Source of the DNA: Bacteroidia bacterium | Lineage (GTDB): Bacteria; Bacteroidota; Bacteroidia; Bacteroidales; GWA2-32-17 | Reading direction: 5' to 3' | NCBI GenBank assembly: GCA_016218155.1 | Contig: JACREQ010000012.1 | Location: 15,064-79,063 of the forward strand | Length of the DNA: 64,000 nt | Part shown: piece by piece, positions 48,959 through 59,586 of the stretch | Position numbering within the stretch: position 1 is the stretch's first letter | Layout: every line of letters starts with the position of its first letter | The notes under the pieces: generated by a model | The model's input: the letters and a program-made list of their open reading frames with translations, nothing else | Database searches by the model: none | Told to the model about the DNA's origin: nothing | Position numbers and translations under genes: made by a program

Positions 48959-49093
48959 AATATTTAAGAACCGGTTAATACGGCTCTTATTTATTATTAA
49001 TATGTATAGTGTTTAGTGAGGTTACGAACTACTGGATTTGGATAGTTCAAACTACTAAGAATTTTATTTAATGTTATAGTTGTCAAGTTGCAC

Positions 49094-49989
49094 ATTACTA
49101 CTAATTGTTTTCGTAGGTGGTATTATGTGGCGTTTTTATTTTCTAAATAGTTTATTAAAAAAGGTTTTAAGATCTTTCAATTCTCTTTTTGGGGCATTTA
49201 TAAGTTGACCTGAAAGCCAAAATTGTCCATTAATTATACCATTCACAACTGGGGCTTTTTCAAAAAATCGCATGTCAGCAACAATATCAATTTCCCCACC
49301 TAATGTGTCAACAAATAACCAATAAAACTCCTCATTTGTTAATCCGTTACGTTTTTTTTCAAATTGCTTTAATAATCCCTGAAAAAACTCCCAATGCCTG
49401 AGGCGAAACAGAGTCTTTGTCTTCACCAAGTGAAAAAAGTCCACTTGGAATAAATGATTGAGTTGCAAATTTGAGTTCTGAAGTCTGGCTAATTTTGTAT
49501 TCTTTTTCGCTTTCATAAATGTTGAGTTCTTGTGCGAAGGCTGTCAATTGGACATCAAAATTTTTAGGAAAATCAATTTGTCCTATTGTCCTAAAGTCAG
49601 GTAAGTCAAAAACAAACGGATAAGCACCGCTATCTGGAATATTTATTTCTGCTGGGTCTGCCCAACAATGAAAAGCTCCATCAAGATCACTTTCTGTTCT
49701 CACAATGGCTTTAGTTAGGCAAACAGTTCTTCTGCTTATTCCTTTGTAGTGCGGATTTGCTCCGATACATATATTTTTTTTATTGAATTGCATGAATAAT
49801 TCTGCCCCAGAAATGTCTGAGTAAATTGAATAAGCACCTTCGTTTATTTTTATTTGATGGCTTGTTATATATGCCTTGTCAAGAAGCTGCTGAAATTCTT
49901 CTGGTGTCGTAACATTAAAGCCTATGTTAGAAAAATTGCTCATTATTGTCGAGTAGTTTTATTAAAATGCTACATAGCTAGTTTATAAG
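49094..49989 (-). mobile_element. Degenerate integron-like gene cassette
   Basis: Minus strand: CTTATAAACTA-GCTATGTAGCATTT before the gene and AAACGCCACATAAT directly after the stop (10/14 inverted match), then a second core-like ATTAGTAGTAAT. Confidence 0.5.
49136..49943 (-). pseudogene. Hypothetical gene split by a 1-nt frameshift
   Basis: ORFs 49359-49943 and 49136-49516 join into about 268 aa (..GIIK|QFEKKRNGLTNEEFYW..FWLSG) if one A is removed near 49368-49370. Confidence 0.75.
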
Positions 49990-50114
49990 TATGTGTAATG
50001 CATTTAAGTTTATTAGATATGTCTTAATATAATTAATGTATAAATATAGAATATTCATACAATTAATACAATAATAAAAGTTACATATATAATCAATGTT
50101 GTATAAGTAAAAAA

Positions 50115-50495
50115 TTATAATTTCTCCATAAACTTTTTTGTGTCAATAATGTAACGAGTGTGGGTGCCTTCACCTATTTTCCCCTCTTCGTCAAAGGCTT
50201 CAACAGAAAAAACCAGTTTTTTGTTTTCAATTATATTTAAAACAGATTTGCAATAAACTTTTTTACCTACAGGAGTTGCTTTTATGTGTTTAATGTTAAC
50301 TTCAGTTCCAACAGTGTTAAAACCATCATTTAGGTAATCTAAAACACTGTTTAAACAGGTTTTTTCCATTAATGCAAGCATTGCAGGTGTTGCAAATACT
50401 TCAACTAAACCTGAGCCGTATTTTGCTGCAGTATCATCTTTTGTAACAAATTGCTCTATTTTTCCTTCAATTCCAATAGTTAATTTGTTTTCCAT
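50115..50495 (-). CDS. Hotdog-fold thioesterase (FlK-like)
   Basis: GSG..EVFATP.M.A.ME, TVGT.V.IKH..ATPVG, G.G.H.R. Confidence 0.88.
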   Translation of the reverse strand: MENKLTIGIEGKIEQFVTKDDTAAKYGSGLVEVFATPAMLALMEKTCLNSVLDYLNDGFNTVGTEVNIKHIKATPVGKKVYCKSVLNIIENKKLVFSVEAFDEEGKIGEGTHTRYIIDTKKFMEKL

Positions 50496-50498
50496 AAT

Positions 50499-50903
50499 CT
50501 AAAAGTTAAATTTTATAGTTTGTTTAATATCTGGATGTATGCTTTTTGCAACGGGACAGGTTTGCGAAACTAATTTAAAAAAATCTTTTTGTTTATCAGT
50601 ATAGTTATTTGGAGGAAAATTAATATCGGCAATTATTTCCACTATCCTTCTTGGATTATCGCCCATAACTTTTGTTACTTCAACAGTAGTTCCATCTATA
50701 GAAAATCCATGACCTTTGGCACCTATTCCTATAATTGTTAACATGCAGCTTGCATAAGCAGTTGCAATTAAATCGGTAGGAGAAAAGGCTTCACCTTTGC
50801 CCTGATTGTCAATTGGTGCATCAGTAATAATTTCAGTATTAGATGACAAATGAACTGCTTTTGTTCTTAAATCTCCTAAATAAGTAACTTTTGATGTTGG
50901 CAT
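50499..50903 (-). CDS. OsmC/YhfA family protein
   Basis: TDAP.DN.G.GEAFSPTDL, ASCM, CPVAKS. Confidence 0.88.
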   Translation of the reverse strand: MPTSKVTYLGDLRTKAVHLSSNTEIITDAPIDNQGKGEAFSPTDLIATAYASCMLTIIGIGAKGHGFSIDGTTVEVTKVMGDNPRRIVEIIADINFPPNNYTDKQKDFFKLVSQTCPVAKSIHPDIKQTIKFNF

Positions 50904-50968
50904 ATTAGTTATTGATTATTGTTAATATTAAATTGAATATTGTTAATTAATATTTTTATTTGATATTT

Positions 50969-52393
50969 TTAAGCCAGATTTTCAAATCTGTTGGAATCTA
51001 ATTTAATAAAAATAAATAAAAGTATTGTAAATGACCATAGTGAGCTTCCTCCATAGCTAAAAAATGGTAGTGGAATACCTATTACCGGTGCTAATCCTAT
51101 AGTCATTCCAATATTTACAACAATGTGAAAAAATAAAATTGAAGCAACTCCATAGCCATAAATTCTGCTAAAGGAAGATCGTTGTCTTTCTGCTAAGAAT
51201 ACCAATCGTAATAACAATATTGTAAAAAGTGATATTACTATAACAGTGCCTAGAAAACCACGTTCTTCACCAACTGTGCAAAAGATAAAGTCAGTACTTT
51301 GTTCAGGAACAAAATTAAATTTAGTTTGTGTGCCTTGTAAAAAACCTTTGCCAGCAAAGCCTCCTGAGCCGATTGCAATCTTTGACTGATTTACATTATA
51401 ACCAGTACCTAATGGATCAGAAGTTATTCCAAGTAATTCATTAATTCTATCCTGTTGATGTTTGCCTAGTACATCTGTGAAGATATAATTTACTGCAAAT
51501 GTAAATGATACAGATGAAATTAAAAAGATCATTATCATTGTAGCAAATGCAATTTTCTTTTTGTTAGCAATTATCAGAATAATTATTGCTGATAAGAATA
51601 ATGCTGCAAAAAATACATAGTACATCGAATATTTATAGTGTAAAGCTGCATTAACACCGTAAAATATTGAGGCTGCTATTGCAAAAATACCTATTCCTAT
51701 ACCAACTAATTTTATTTTTGGGTTTAAAAGGAAGAAAGCAATTGGCGCAACCACAAGTAAAATCTCAATAATTAGCAATTTTTCAACAAGCATAGCTATT
51801 AAGAATAGTATTATAGTCATTAAGGCAAAGAATAACACATAAGGTGTCAATCCTTCTCTGTATAACAAAAACACAAAAGAAAGGTAAACCAATGCAGATC
51901 CTGTGTCATTTTGTAAGAGAATTAGTCCGCAAGGTAAAAATATAATTAATCCTATTCCTATAAGACTTCTGAGATTCTGAATTTTAAAATTATAACTACT
52001 TAAAAATTTAGCTAATGCCAGATTTGTAGCAAACTTCATAAATTCTGATGGCTGAAGTCTGAAACTACCTATTTCAAACCATGCTCTTTGCCCATTTGTT
52101 TCTTTACCAAAAATAAGTACTGAAATTAAAAACACCAGCATTGTTCCATAAATAGGCCACGTGAAAAACGAGAAGAAATTACTATCTACAAGAAATATTG
52201 TTAATGCTATAATAAATGCTGCACCAATCCATACTAACTGTTTTCCATAGCGCTGAGAAAAATCGAAAATGCTACTGTATTGTTCATTGTAAACTGCAGC
52301 ATAAATATTAATCCAGCCTAAAATTACCAGAACAACATAAAAACTAACAATAAGCCAGTCGGTACTTTTTAATATGTTAATTTTTCTTTTCAA
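50969..52393 (-). CDS. rodA: Rod shape-determining protein RodA
   Basis: QPSEFMK, QNDTGSA, GYNVNQSKIAIGSGG, PEQSTDFIF, GIPLPFFSYGGSS; last gene of the mre cluster. Confidence 0.95.
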   Translation of the reverse strand: MKRKINILKSTDWLIVSFYVVLVILGWINIYAAVYNEQYSSIFDFSQRYGKQLVWIGAAFIIALTIFLVDSNFFSFFTWPIYGTMLVFLISVLIFGKETNGQRAWFEIGSFRLQPSEFMKFATNLALAKFLSSYNFKIQNLRSLIGIGLIIFLPCGLILLQNDTGSALVYLSFVFLLYREGLTPYVLFFALMTIILFLIAMLVEKLLIIEILLVVAPIAFFLLNPKIKLVGIGIGIFAIAASIFYGVNAALHYKYSMYYVFFAALFLSAIIILIIANKKKIAFATMIMIFLISSVSFTFAVNYIFTDVLGKHQQDRINELLGITSDPLGTGYNVNQSKIAIGSGGFAGKGFLQGTQTKFNFVPEQSTDFIFCTVGEERGFLGTVIVISLFTILLLRLVFLAERQRSSFSRIYGYGVASILFFHIVVNIGMTIGLAPVIGIPLPFFSYGGSSLWSFTILLFIFIKLDSNRFENLA

Positions 52394-54213
52394 TCTCCAA
52401 TTAAATTAGTTTCCATAATATGTTTTTCAAGGTCAGCTCTTTTTGTTTTACCTGTTAAATATTTTTCCATAATAAGACTTGCTATTGGACCAGCCCATGT
52501 TGCACCAAAACCTGCGTTTTCAACTAATACAGCAATTGCAATTTTAGGGTTATAAGTTGGGGCAAAAGCTACGAAAACAGAATGATCTTTACCATGAGGG
52601 TTTTCGGCAGTTCCTGTTTTTGCACAAAAATCAATACCCTCAATTTTTAATGATGCTGCTGTACCGCTCTGAACGGCATCACTCATTCCTTGAATAACAT
52701 TTGAGAATATTGTTGTGTCAGTAATCATTGTATAATGTTTTTCCTTAAATCTGTTAAGTACTGTATCGTTTGCATTGCTGCCAATTGCTTTTACTATATG
52801 AGGAGTGTAATACCAACCTCTGTTTGCTATTATTGCAACTACATTTGCACTTTGTAATGGAGTAATGCCCATTTCGGCCTGTCCAATACCTAAAGAGATT
52901 ACAGTAGAAGCTTTCCATTTTCCTTTTCCGAAAATTTTATCGTAATATTTTATTGAAGGAATATTTCCTCTTAATTCGTGTGCAAGGTCAGATCCTGTTT
53001 TTTTTCCAATACAAAAACTTAGTGCAATGTTTCTCCATGCTTCGAAAGCAGTATAGGTATTATGATATTTTTTATTTTCAATTACAGATTTAAATACATA
53101 AGAAAAATACGAATTACATGAATGACCTATTGCATTTTGTAAGTCAAGTGGTGAAGCGTGAGGATGGCATTTAGGATGACCTCCAAGTGGTGCATATCCT
53201 TTAGAACAAGGGTATCTGGAATTAGGTCCAAGTACACCTTCCTGTTGGCCGATAAGTGCCATTACAAGTTTAAAAGTAGAGCCCGGAGGATATGATGCCA
53301 TTACTGCACGATTAAATAATGGTTTTAATGTGTCTTTTAATAAATTTACATAGTTTGCAGAACGGATTCTACCAACAAGTAATCCTGGATCGTAAGATGG
53401 ACTCGATACAACCATTAATATTTCACCGGTTGAAGGATCAATGGCAACGATACTTCCCTTTTTATGACTCATTAATTTTTCGCCATAATACTGTAGGTTT
53501 GCATCAATTGTAGTTTTTATGTCGGTTCCAATTACAGCTGCTGTATCAAATTTTCCTTCTGCAAAACTTCCCATTATTTTGTTATGAACGTCTACCATAA
53601 AAATACTAACACCTTTCTGACCACGCAGGTATTTTTCATAAGTTTTTTCAATGCCGCTAATACCAATGTAGTCGCCTTGTTTGTAATATGGATTTTTTTC
53701 AATTGTACTAGGGTCAACTTCACCTACATAACCCAAAATATGCGAAGAAATTGGAAGTGGGTATTTTCTTAATGTTCTGCCCTGTACAAAGAAACCGGGA
53801 AATTTAAAAAGTTTTTCCTGTAAGATAGCATATGTTTTTGATGAAATTTGTGATACAATAACTGAGGGTCTGTACGTTGAGTAAAGTCTTGCTTCTTTAT
53901 ACTTTTTAGTAAATTCTTCTTTTTCTATTTCAAGTATCTTACATAAATCAATTGTATCGAAAGCTCTTGTTTGTTGTGGTATAACCATTAAATCAAAGGC
54001 AGCTTCATTAAAAACCATTATTTTGCCATTTCTGTCATAAATAACGCCACGAGCAGGGTATTTTGTTATTCTTCTTTGAGAATTGTTGTCGGCTGAGAAT
54101 TTGTAGCTTGTGTCTATAATCTGAAGATAAAATAACCTTATAACAAAGATTAATGCGAATGCAATAAATATTCCACCTATTATGTATTTCCTATTACTAT
54201 AAGGGTTAATCAT
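52390..54213 (-). CDS. mrdA: Penicillin-binding protein 2
   Basis: RGVIYDRNG, YPPGSTFK (SxxK), SCN, KTGTA; lies between mreD and rodA. Confidence 0.95.
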   Translation of the reverse strand: MINPYSNRKYIIGGIFIAFALIFVIRLFYLQIIDTSYKFSADNNSQRRITKYPARGVIYDRNGKIMVFNEAAFDLMVIPQQTRAFDTIDLCKILEIEKEEFTKKYKEARLYSTYRPSVIVSQISSKTYAILQEKLFKFPGFFVQGRTLRKYPLPISSHILGYVGEVDPSTIEKNPYYKQGDYIGISGIEKTYEKYLRGQKGVSIFMVDVHNKIMGSFAEGKFDTAAVIGTDIKTTIDANLQYYGEKLMSHKKGSIVAIDPSTGEILMVVSSPSYDPGLLVGRIRSANYVNLLKDTLKPLFNRAVMASYPPGSTFKLVMALIGQQEGVLGPNSRYPCSKGYAPLGGHPKCHPHASPLDLQNAIGHSCNSYFSYVFKSVIENKKYHNTYTAFEAWRNIALSFCIGKKTGSDLAHELRGNIPSIKYYDKIFGKGKWKASTVISLGIGQAEMGITPLQSANVVAIIANRGWYYTPHIVKAIGSNANDTVLNRFKEKHYTMITDTTIFSNVIQGMSDAVQSGTAASLKIEGIDFCAKTGTAENPHGKDHSVFVAFAPTYNPKIAIAVLVENAGFGATWAGPIASLIMEKYLTGKTKRADLEKHIMETNLIGD

Positions 54214-54221
54214 ATAGTGAC

Positions 54222-54728
54222 TTATTTTTTATAAAATAGGAATTGGCTTAAAATTATTAGCACAAAAGTAAAAGCCGAGCTAATTAATATTCTTAACATA
54301 GTGTAGAAGAAACCTGAGAATCTGAAAATTTCAATAAAAAATAAAGTAGAATGATGGATGAGTATCATTACTACTGTGTATCTTATAATCCATGCTATGT
54401 CATAATGTTTTAGAGTAGGTGAGGTTCTGCTTTCATATCCGTCTCTTGGTGAAAATAATGTAAGAATAAATGGTCTTGAATAGGCTGCAAGTGTAGTCGC
54501 AGTTGCGTGCATTCCAATAGTACCAGAGAAAATATCAATTGCAAGCCCTGTAACAAAACCTAGAATAAGTAAAAGCCATGCCGGAGTTTCAAATGGCAAT
54601 AGTAAAATAAATAAAATATAAATATATGGATTAATAAATCCGCTTAATTGAATATTGTTAAGAATTAGTACCTGTAAGAGTACCAGAATAATAAAACGGG
54701 CAATATTTTGTGGTAAAATACTAATCAT
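54222..54728 (-). CDS. mreD: Rod shape-determining protein MreD
   Basis: Five-TM protein with PYIYILFILLLP and GL.IDIF..T.G.H; synteny. Confidence 0.92.
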   Translation of the reverse strand: MISILPQNIARFIILVLLQVLILNNIQLSGFINPYIYILFILLLPFETPAWLLLILGFVTGLAIDIFSGTIGMHATATTLAAYSRPFILTLFSPRDGYESRTSPTLKHYDIAWIIRYTVVMILIHHSTLFFIEIFRFSGFFYTMLRILISSAFTFVLIILSQFLFYKK

Positions 54729-55551
54729 TACCTAAAGTATTTTCTAATTCTTTTTGTTCATCTTTATATAAATTACTTATAACATAAACATGATTAAGAC
54801 TCATAAAATCTGTACTAAGATTTACATTAATATTATAAAAATCTTTTCCATCATTTAAATCAAAATCACTTATAGTGCCAACCATAATACCTTCAGGGAA
54901 CATTGATGAATAGCCACTTGTAACCAATGTGTCGCCTTTTGAAAGTTTTATATGAAATGGTATTTCATTTAATTGTGCTTTTCTGTAATCTAGGCCATCC
55001 CAGGAAATTGTTCCAAAACAACCCCATTTTTTAATTTTAGCACTAATGTGTGCATTAATGTTAATTGCAGGTATAACTATTGCAAAGTTTGGTGATACAT
55101 CTTTAACAATTCCAACAATTCCTTGTGGATTTATTATTGCCATATCTTTTCTTACACCCTGATTGTATCCTTTGTTTAATGTTAAATAATTATTCTGATG
55201 CATTACAGAATTATTAATGATTTTTGCTGGGAAATAATCGTATTTCTGTTTGTATAATGAATCGTTAACGGTTTTAAGTGTTATAAAATTATTTATGTAA
55301 TTCGCTTTTAAAAGTTTGCGTAATGCGATATTTTCAAGTGCAAGTTTATCGTTTTCGTCTTTTACCGACAGGTATTCAGTTACAGAACTAAACCAACTGT
55401 AAACATGTCCAGAGATTTCTGTTGACGAATTTATAAATGAAGCACGTTGAAAGCTATTTGTTTGTATTGTTAAAAATAATGAGAAAAACTCAATAACAAT
55501 AAACAATAAGGTTACGTGATATCTAATTATAAATTTAAATAAATTTCTCAT
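54721..55551 (-). CDS. mreC: Rod shape-determining protein MreC
   Basis: TM helix, coiled coil (EN..L..EN..L), GIVG, GDTLVTSG.S..FPEGI.VG; synteny. Confidence 0.94.
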   Translation of the reverse strand: MRNLFKFIIRYHVTLLFIVIEFFSLFLTIQTNSFQRASFINSSTEISGHVYSWFSSVTEYLSVKDENDKLALENIALRKLLKANYINNFITLKTVNDSLYKQKYDYFPAKIINNSVMHQNNYLTLNKGYNQGVRKDMAIINPQGIVGIVKDVSPNFAIVIPAININAHISAKIKKWGCFGTISWDGLDYRKAQLNEIPFHIKLSKGDTLVTSGYSSMFPEGIMVGTISDFDLNDGKDFYNINVNLSTDFMSLNHVYVISNLYKDEQKELENTLGND

Positions 55552-55586
55552 GTTAGGAAATCATGGATTTGTTGTCCGTGTTTATC

Positions 55587-56609
55587 CTACCTCATTAAGA
55601 ATGAAAAACGATCAACATTTTTAAGTGCTATACCGGTTCCTCTTGCAACAGCGTGCAATGGATCATCAGCAACTTTTACAGGAATGTTGTATTTTTCCAT
55701 TAAGCGTCTATCAAGTCCTCTTAGCAACGAACCACCACCGGCTAAGTATATAAAGCTATTTGTTATATCTTTATAAAGTTCAGGTGGAGTTTCTTCTAAA
55801 ACCTGAAGAATGGCAACTTCAATTTTTGAAATTGATTTATCCAAACAATGTGCAATTTCCTGATACGATACAGGAATCTCAATTGGTAAAGAGGTCATCT
55901 GATGTGGTCCTTTAACAATATAATCAGGTGGAGGATTCTCTAAATCAGGTAATGCAGCTCCAACATTAATTTTAATGTCTTCGGCTGTACGTTCACCGAT
56001 TCTCATATTATGCTGATGACGCATATATTCCATAATATCTGCAGTGAATACGTCACCTGCAGTTCTTACCGATTTATTACAAACGATACCGCTTAAAGAA
56101 ATTACTGCAATTTCTGCTGTTCCACCACCAATGTCAATTACCATGCTGCCTTCAGGAGCTTCAACATCTAATCCAATACCCAAAGCTGCTGCCATTGGTT
56201 CGTATATCATGTAAACATCGCGTGCACCGGCATGTTCGGAGGAGTCACGTACAGCACGAATCTCAACCTCGGTACTTCCTGATGGAATAGCTATTACCAT
56301 TCGCATTGAAGGTGAAAATAATCTTGGTCTCGGATTTATCATCTTAATAAGACCACGAATCATTAATTCGGCTGCGTTAAAGTCTGCTATTACACCATCT
56401 CTAAGCGGTCTGATAGTTTTTATATTGTCATGGGTTTTACCATGCATCTGACGGGCTTTATCGCCAATAGCAATAAGTTTCCCGGTATGTCTGTCAATTG
56501 CAACAATTGAAGGTTCGTCAACAACAATTTTATCATTATGTGTAATAATGGTATTGGCTGTTCCTAAGTCGATTGCAAGTTCCTGATTAAAAAATGAAAA
56601 TAATCCCAT
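55587..56609 (-). CDS. mreB: Actin-like MreB
   Basis: AIDLGTANT, RPLRDGVIADF, EPMAAA, DIGGGT, AGGGSLLRG. Confidence 0.97.
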   Translation of the reverse strand: MGLFSFFNQELAIDLGTANTIITHNDKIVVDEPSIVAIDRHTGKLIAIGDKARQMHGKTHDNIKTIRPLRDGVIADFNAAELMIRGLIKMINPRPRLFSPSMRMVIAIPSGSTEVEIRAVRDSSEHAGARDVYMIYEPMAAALGIGLDVEAPEGSMVIDIGGGTAEIAVISLSGIVCNKSVRTAGDVFTADIMEYMRHQHNMRIGERTAEDIKINVGAALPDLENPPPDYIVKGPHQMTSLPIEIPVSYQEIAHCLDKSISKIEVAILQVLEETPPELYKDITNSFIYLAGGGSLLRGLDRRLMEKYNIPVKVADDPLHAVARGTGIALKNVDRFSFLMR

Positions 56610-56633
56610 ATTGTTAGCTTTTCGGGTATAAAG

Positions 56634-58157
56634 TTAATGTTTAAAATGACGAATTCCAGTAAAAACCATAGCCATTTTGTGTTTTGTGCAAAAGTTTATT
56701 GTATCCTCATCGCGAATTGAGCCACCTGGTTGTATAACTGCTGTAATCCCAGCATTATATGCAATTTCTACAGAATCAGCAAAAGGAAAAAATGCATCGC
56801 TTGACATTACTGCTCCTTTTAAATCGAAGCCAAAGCTTTTTGCTTTCTCAATTGAATGTTTTAATGCATCAATTCTTGAAGTTTGTCCTGCACCACTTGC
56901 TAGAAGTTGCTTGTTTTTTGCTAAAACAATAGAGTTACTTTTAGTATGTTTTACTAAAATGTTAGCAAAAATAAGATCTTCAATTTCTTCTTTTGTTGGT
57001 TCTCGTTCTGTTACTGTGCGAAGATCATTAATAGTTTCGGTTTTTAAATCTTTTTCCTGTTCAAGTACGCCGTTTAACAATGTTCTGAAACTTGATGTAG
57101 AGAAGTTTATGTTTTTAAGAATTAAAATAATTCTGTTCTTTTTTTGTTTTAATACTTCAAGTGCATCGTTATCGTAAGCAGGTGCAATAATTACTTCAAA
57201 AAATAATTTGTCAATTTCTAAAGCTGTTTCTTTATCAACAGTTTTATTTGTTACGATAATACCACCAAATGCAGAAACAGGATCGCCGGCAAGCGCATCT
57301 TTCCAAGCCTGAAGTAAAGTACTTCTTGAAGCTAATCCACATGCATTGTTATGTTTGATTATAGCTACAGTTGGTTCGGTAAATTCGCTTATTAATGCAA
57401 CAGAAGCATCAATATCTAACAAATTATTGTAAGAAATTTCTTTTCCGTGAATTTTTTCAAAAACTTCATCCAGATTTCCATAGAAATATCCTTTCTGGTG
57501 AGGGTTTTCTCCATATCGTAAAGTCTGTGCGTTTTTAATACTTGACTTAAATGAAGTAGGATTATTTCCTGCAAAGTATTTATATATATGAGTGTCGTAA
57601 TGAGAAGTAACTTCAAAAGCTTCGGCAGCTAATTTTCTGCGTTCTTCAATTGTAGTATTTCCATTGTTTTTTTCGAGTAGTTCGTTTAAATATGAATATT
57701 GTTGCTGACATGAAATTATAGCAACATCATTAAAATTTTTTGCTGCAGCTCTTATCAAAGAAATACCTCCGATATCTATTTTTTCAATAATATCTTCATC
57801 GGGAGCTCCTTTTTTTACAGTTTCTTCAAAAGGATATAAATCTACAATTATTAAATCTATTAACTTAAATTTATATTCTTCTACCTGCTGCATGTCAGTT
57901 TTATCGTCGCGACGAGCTAAAATACCACCGAAAATATTCGGGTGTAAAGTTTTTACTCTGCCGCCAAGAATACTAGGAAAACCAGTCAGGCTTTCTGCTG
58001 CTATTACCGGAATATTCATCTTTTCGATAAATTCTCTTGTTCCTCCGGTTGAAATTATCTGAACATTTAACTGATGGAGTTTTTTAACGACTACGTCAAG
58101 TCCATCTTTGTAAAATACAGATATAAATGCTGATTTAATTGCTTTTAAGTTATTCAC
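56634..58157 (-). CDS. purH: Bifunctional AICAR transformylase/IMP cyclohydrolase
   Basis: STGGT, GGRVKTLHP, IDIGG, LRYGENPHQ, KHNNACG, SDAFFPF, IQPGGS.RD, RHFKH; probable start GTG at 58157. Confidence 0.97.
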   Translation of the reverse strand: MNNLKAIKSAFISVFYKDGLDVVVKKLHQLNVQIISTGGTREFIEKMNIPVIAAESLTGFPSILGGRVKTLHPNIFGGILARRDDKTDMQQVEEYKFKLIDLIIVDLYPFEETVKKGAPDEDIIEKIDIGGISLIRAAAKNFNDVAIISCQQQYSYLNELLEKNNGNTTIEERRKLAAEAFEVTSHYDTHIYKYFAGNNPTSFKSSIKNAQTLRYGENPHQKGYFYGNLDEVFEKIHGKEISYNNLLDIDASVALISEFTEPTVAIIKHNNACGLASRSTLLQAWKDALAGDPVSAFGGIIVTNKTVDKETALEIDKLFFEVIIAPAYDNDALEVLKQKKNRIILILKNINFSTSSFRTLLNGVLEQEKDLKTETINDLRTVTEREPTKEEIEDLIFANILVKHTKSNSIVLAKNKQLLASGAGQTSRIDALKHSIEKAKSFGFDLKGAVMSSDAFFPFADSVEIAYNAGITAVIQPGGSIRDEDTINFCTKHKMAMVFTGIRHFKH

Positions 58158-58322
58158 ATTCAAATTATTTGAAAAAGTCCACAAAATTATCATTTTCCCT
58201 TATTAAAACCAATTTTTATATGCTCTCTTTTATAAAAAATTATAAAAAAATATTTTTTATATGAATTATCATAAAATAGAACTAATCATTCTGTATTTTT
58301 GTTTTTGATAATTTGAAATTTA

Positions 58323-59570
58323 ATGCTTGTTATTCGGTTACTTAAAGAAAGTTTTTTATCCGCAATCAGTTCACTGGTTGTAAACAGGATGCGTACTTTT
58401 CTTTCTTTACTGGGAATTACAATTGGGATTTTTGCTATTATTTCTGTTTTCACAGTTATCGATAGCATGAAGAAAAGCATTACAGACAGTATTGCATCTT
58501 TAGGTAATAATGTTGTTTATGTTGATAAATGGCCCTGGGAATTTGGCAGCGATTATCCATGGTGGAAATATTTAAATCGCCCTGTACCTTCTGCCAAAGA
58601 AGCTGAAGAGCTAAAGCAAAGATCAAAAAAATCTGAAGCTATTGCTTTTATGGCTACTTCAAATAAAACCCTTGAATACAGGAGTAATTCTGCCGAAAAC
58701 GTTACTATCATTTCGGCTACTGAAGATTACGATAAAATTCGTTCTTTTGAAATTGAAAAAGGAAGATATTTCTCGTATTTTGAATCTAATAATGGTTCTG
58801 CAAAAGCTATAATAGGAAGTACAGTTGCCAAGTTGCTTTTTAAAGAAATGAATCCACTAGGTAAAGAAATAAAATTGCTTGGTAGAAAGATTACTGTATT
58901 AGGTGTTTTTAAAAAGGAAGGAAGCGGAGTTTTTGATGCAAGTCTGGATAATGCAATTATTTTACCATTGAATTATGGTCGTAATATTTTTGACCTGAAA
59001 GACGAAGGTATGAATCCTATTATAATGGTAAAGGCTGCAAAAAATATTGAACTTGTTGAGTTGAAGGATGAGTTGCGCGGAATAATGCGTTCAATAAGAA
59101 GATTGCGCCCTGTGGAGGAAGACGATTTTGCACTTAATCAGGCTAGCTTGATAACTCAGGGTTTTGAATCGGTTTTTCAAATTGTTGATTTAGCAGGTTT
59201 GTTAATAGGTGGTTTGGCTATTTTGGTTGGTGGGTTTGGTATTGCAAATATTATGTTTGTATCGGTAAAGGAACGTACCAAAATAATTGGTATTCAGAAA
59301 GCGTTGGGTGCTAAAAATTATTTTATCCTGTTTCAGTTTATTACTGAATCTGTTATGCTTTCTTTAATTGGTGGTTTAGTAGGGCTTTTATTAGTCTACA
59401 TTGGAACTGTGTTGGGGTCGAGAGCAGTTGATATGAATTTTGCCATGAGCTTTGGAAATGTTTTTTCCGGAGTTCTTATTTCTGTTGTTATTGGAATTAT
59501 TTCCGGACTGGCACCTGCAATTTCTGCCTCCAGATTAAATCCTGTTGATGCAATTAACTCAAATTTCTAA
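58323..59570 (+). CDS. ABC transporter permease (MacB/FtsX family)
   Basis: RTFLSLLGITIGI, VGGFGIANIMFVSVKERT..IGI.KALGA, PA..ASRLNPVDA. Confidence 0.92.
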   Translation: MLVIRLLKESFLSAISSLVVNRMRTFLSLLGITIGIFAIISVFTVIDSMKKSITDSIASLGNNVVYVDKWPWEFGSDYPWWKYLNRPVPSAKEAEELKQRSKKSEAIAFMATSNKTLEYRSNSAENVTIISATEDYDKIRSFEIEKGRYFSYFESNNGSAKAIIGSTVAKLLFKEMNPLGKEIKLLGRKITVLGVFKKEGSGVFDASLDNAIILPLNYGRNIFDLKDEGMNPIIMVKAAKNIELVELKDELRGIMRSIRRLRPVEEDDFALNQASLITQGFESVFQIVDLAGLLIGGLAILVGGFGIANIMFVSVKERTKIIGIQKALGAKNYFILFQFITESVMLSLIGGLVGLLLVYIGTVLGSRAVDMNFAMSFGNVFSGVLISVVIGIISGLAPAISASRLNPVDAINSNF

Positions 59571-59586
59571 TATAAATTTTTAACGT

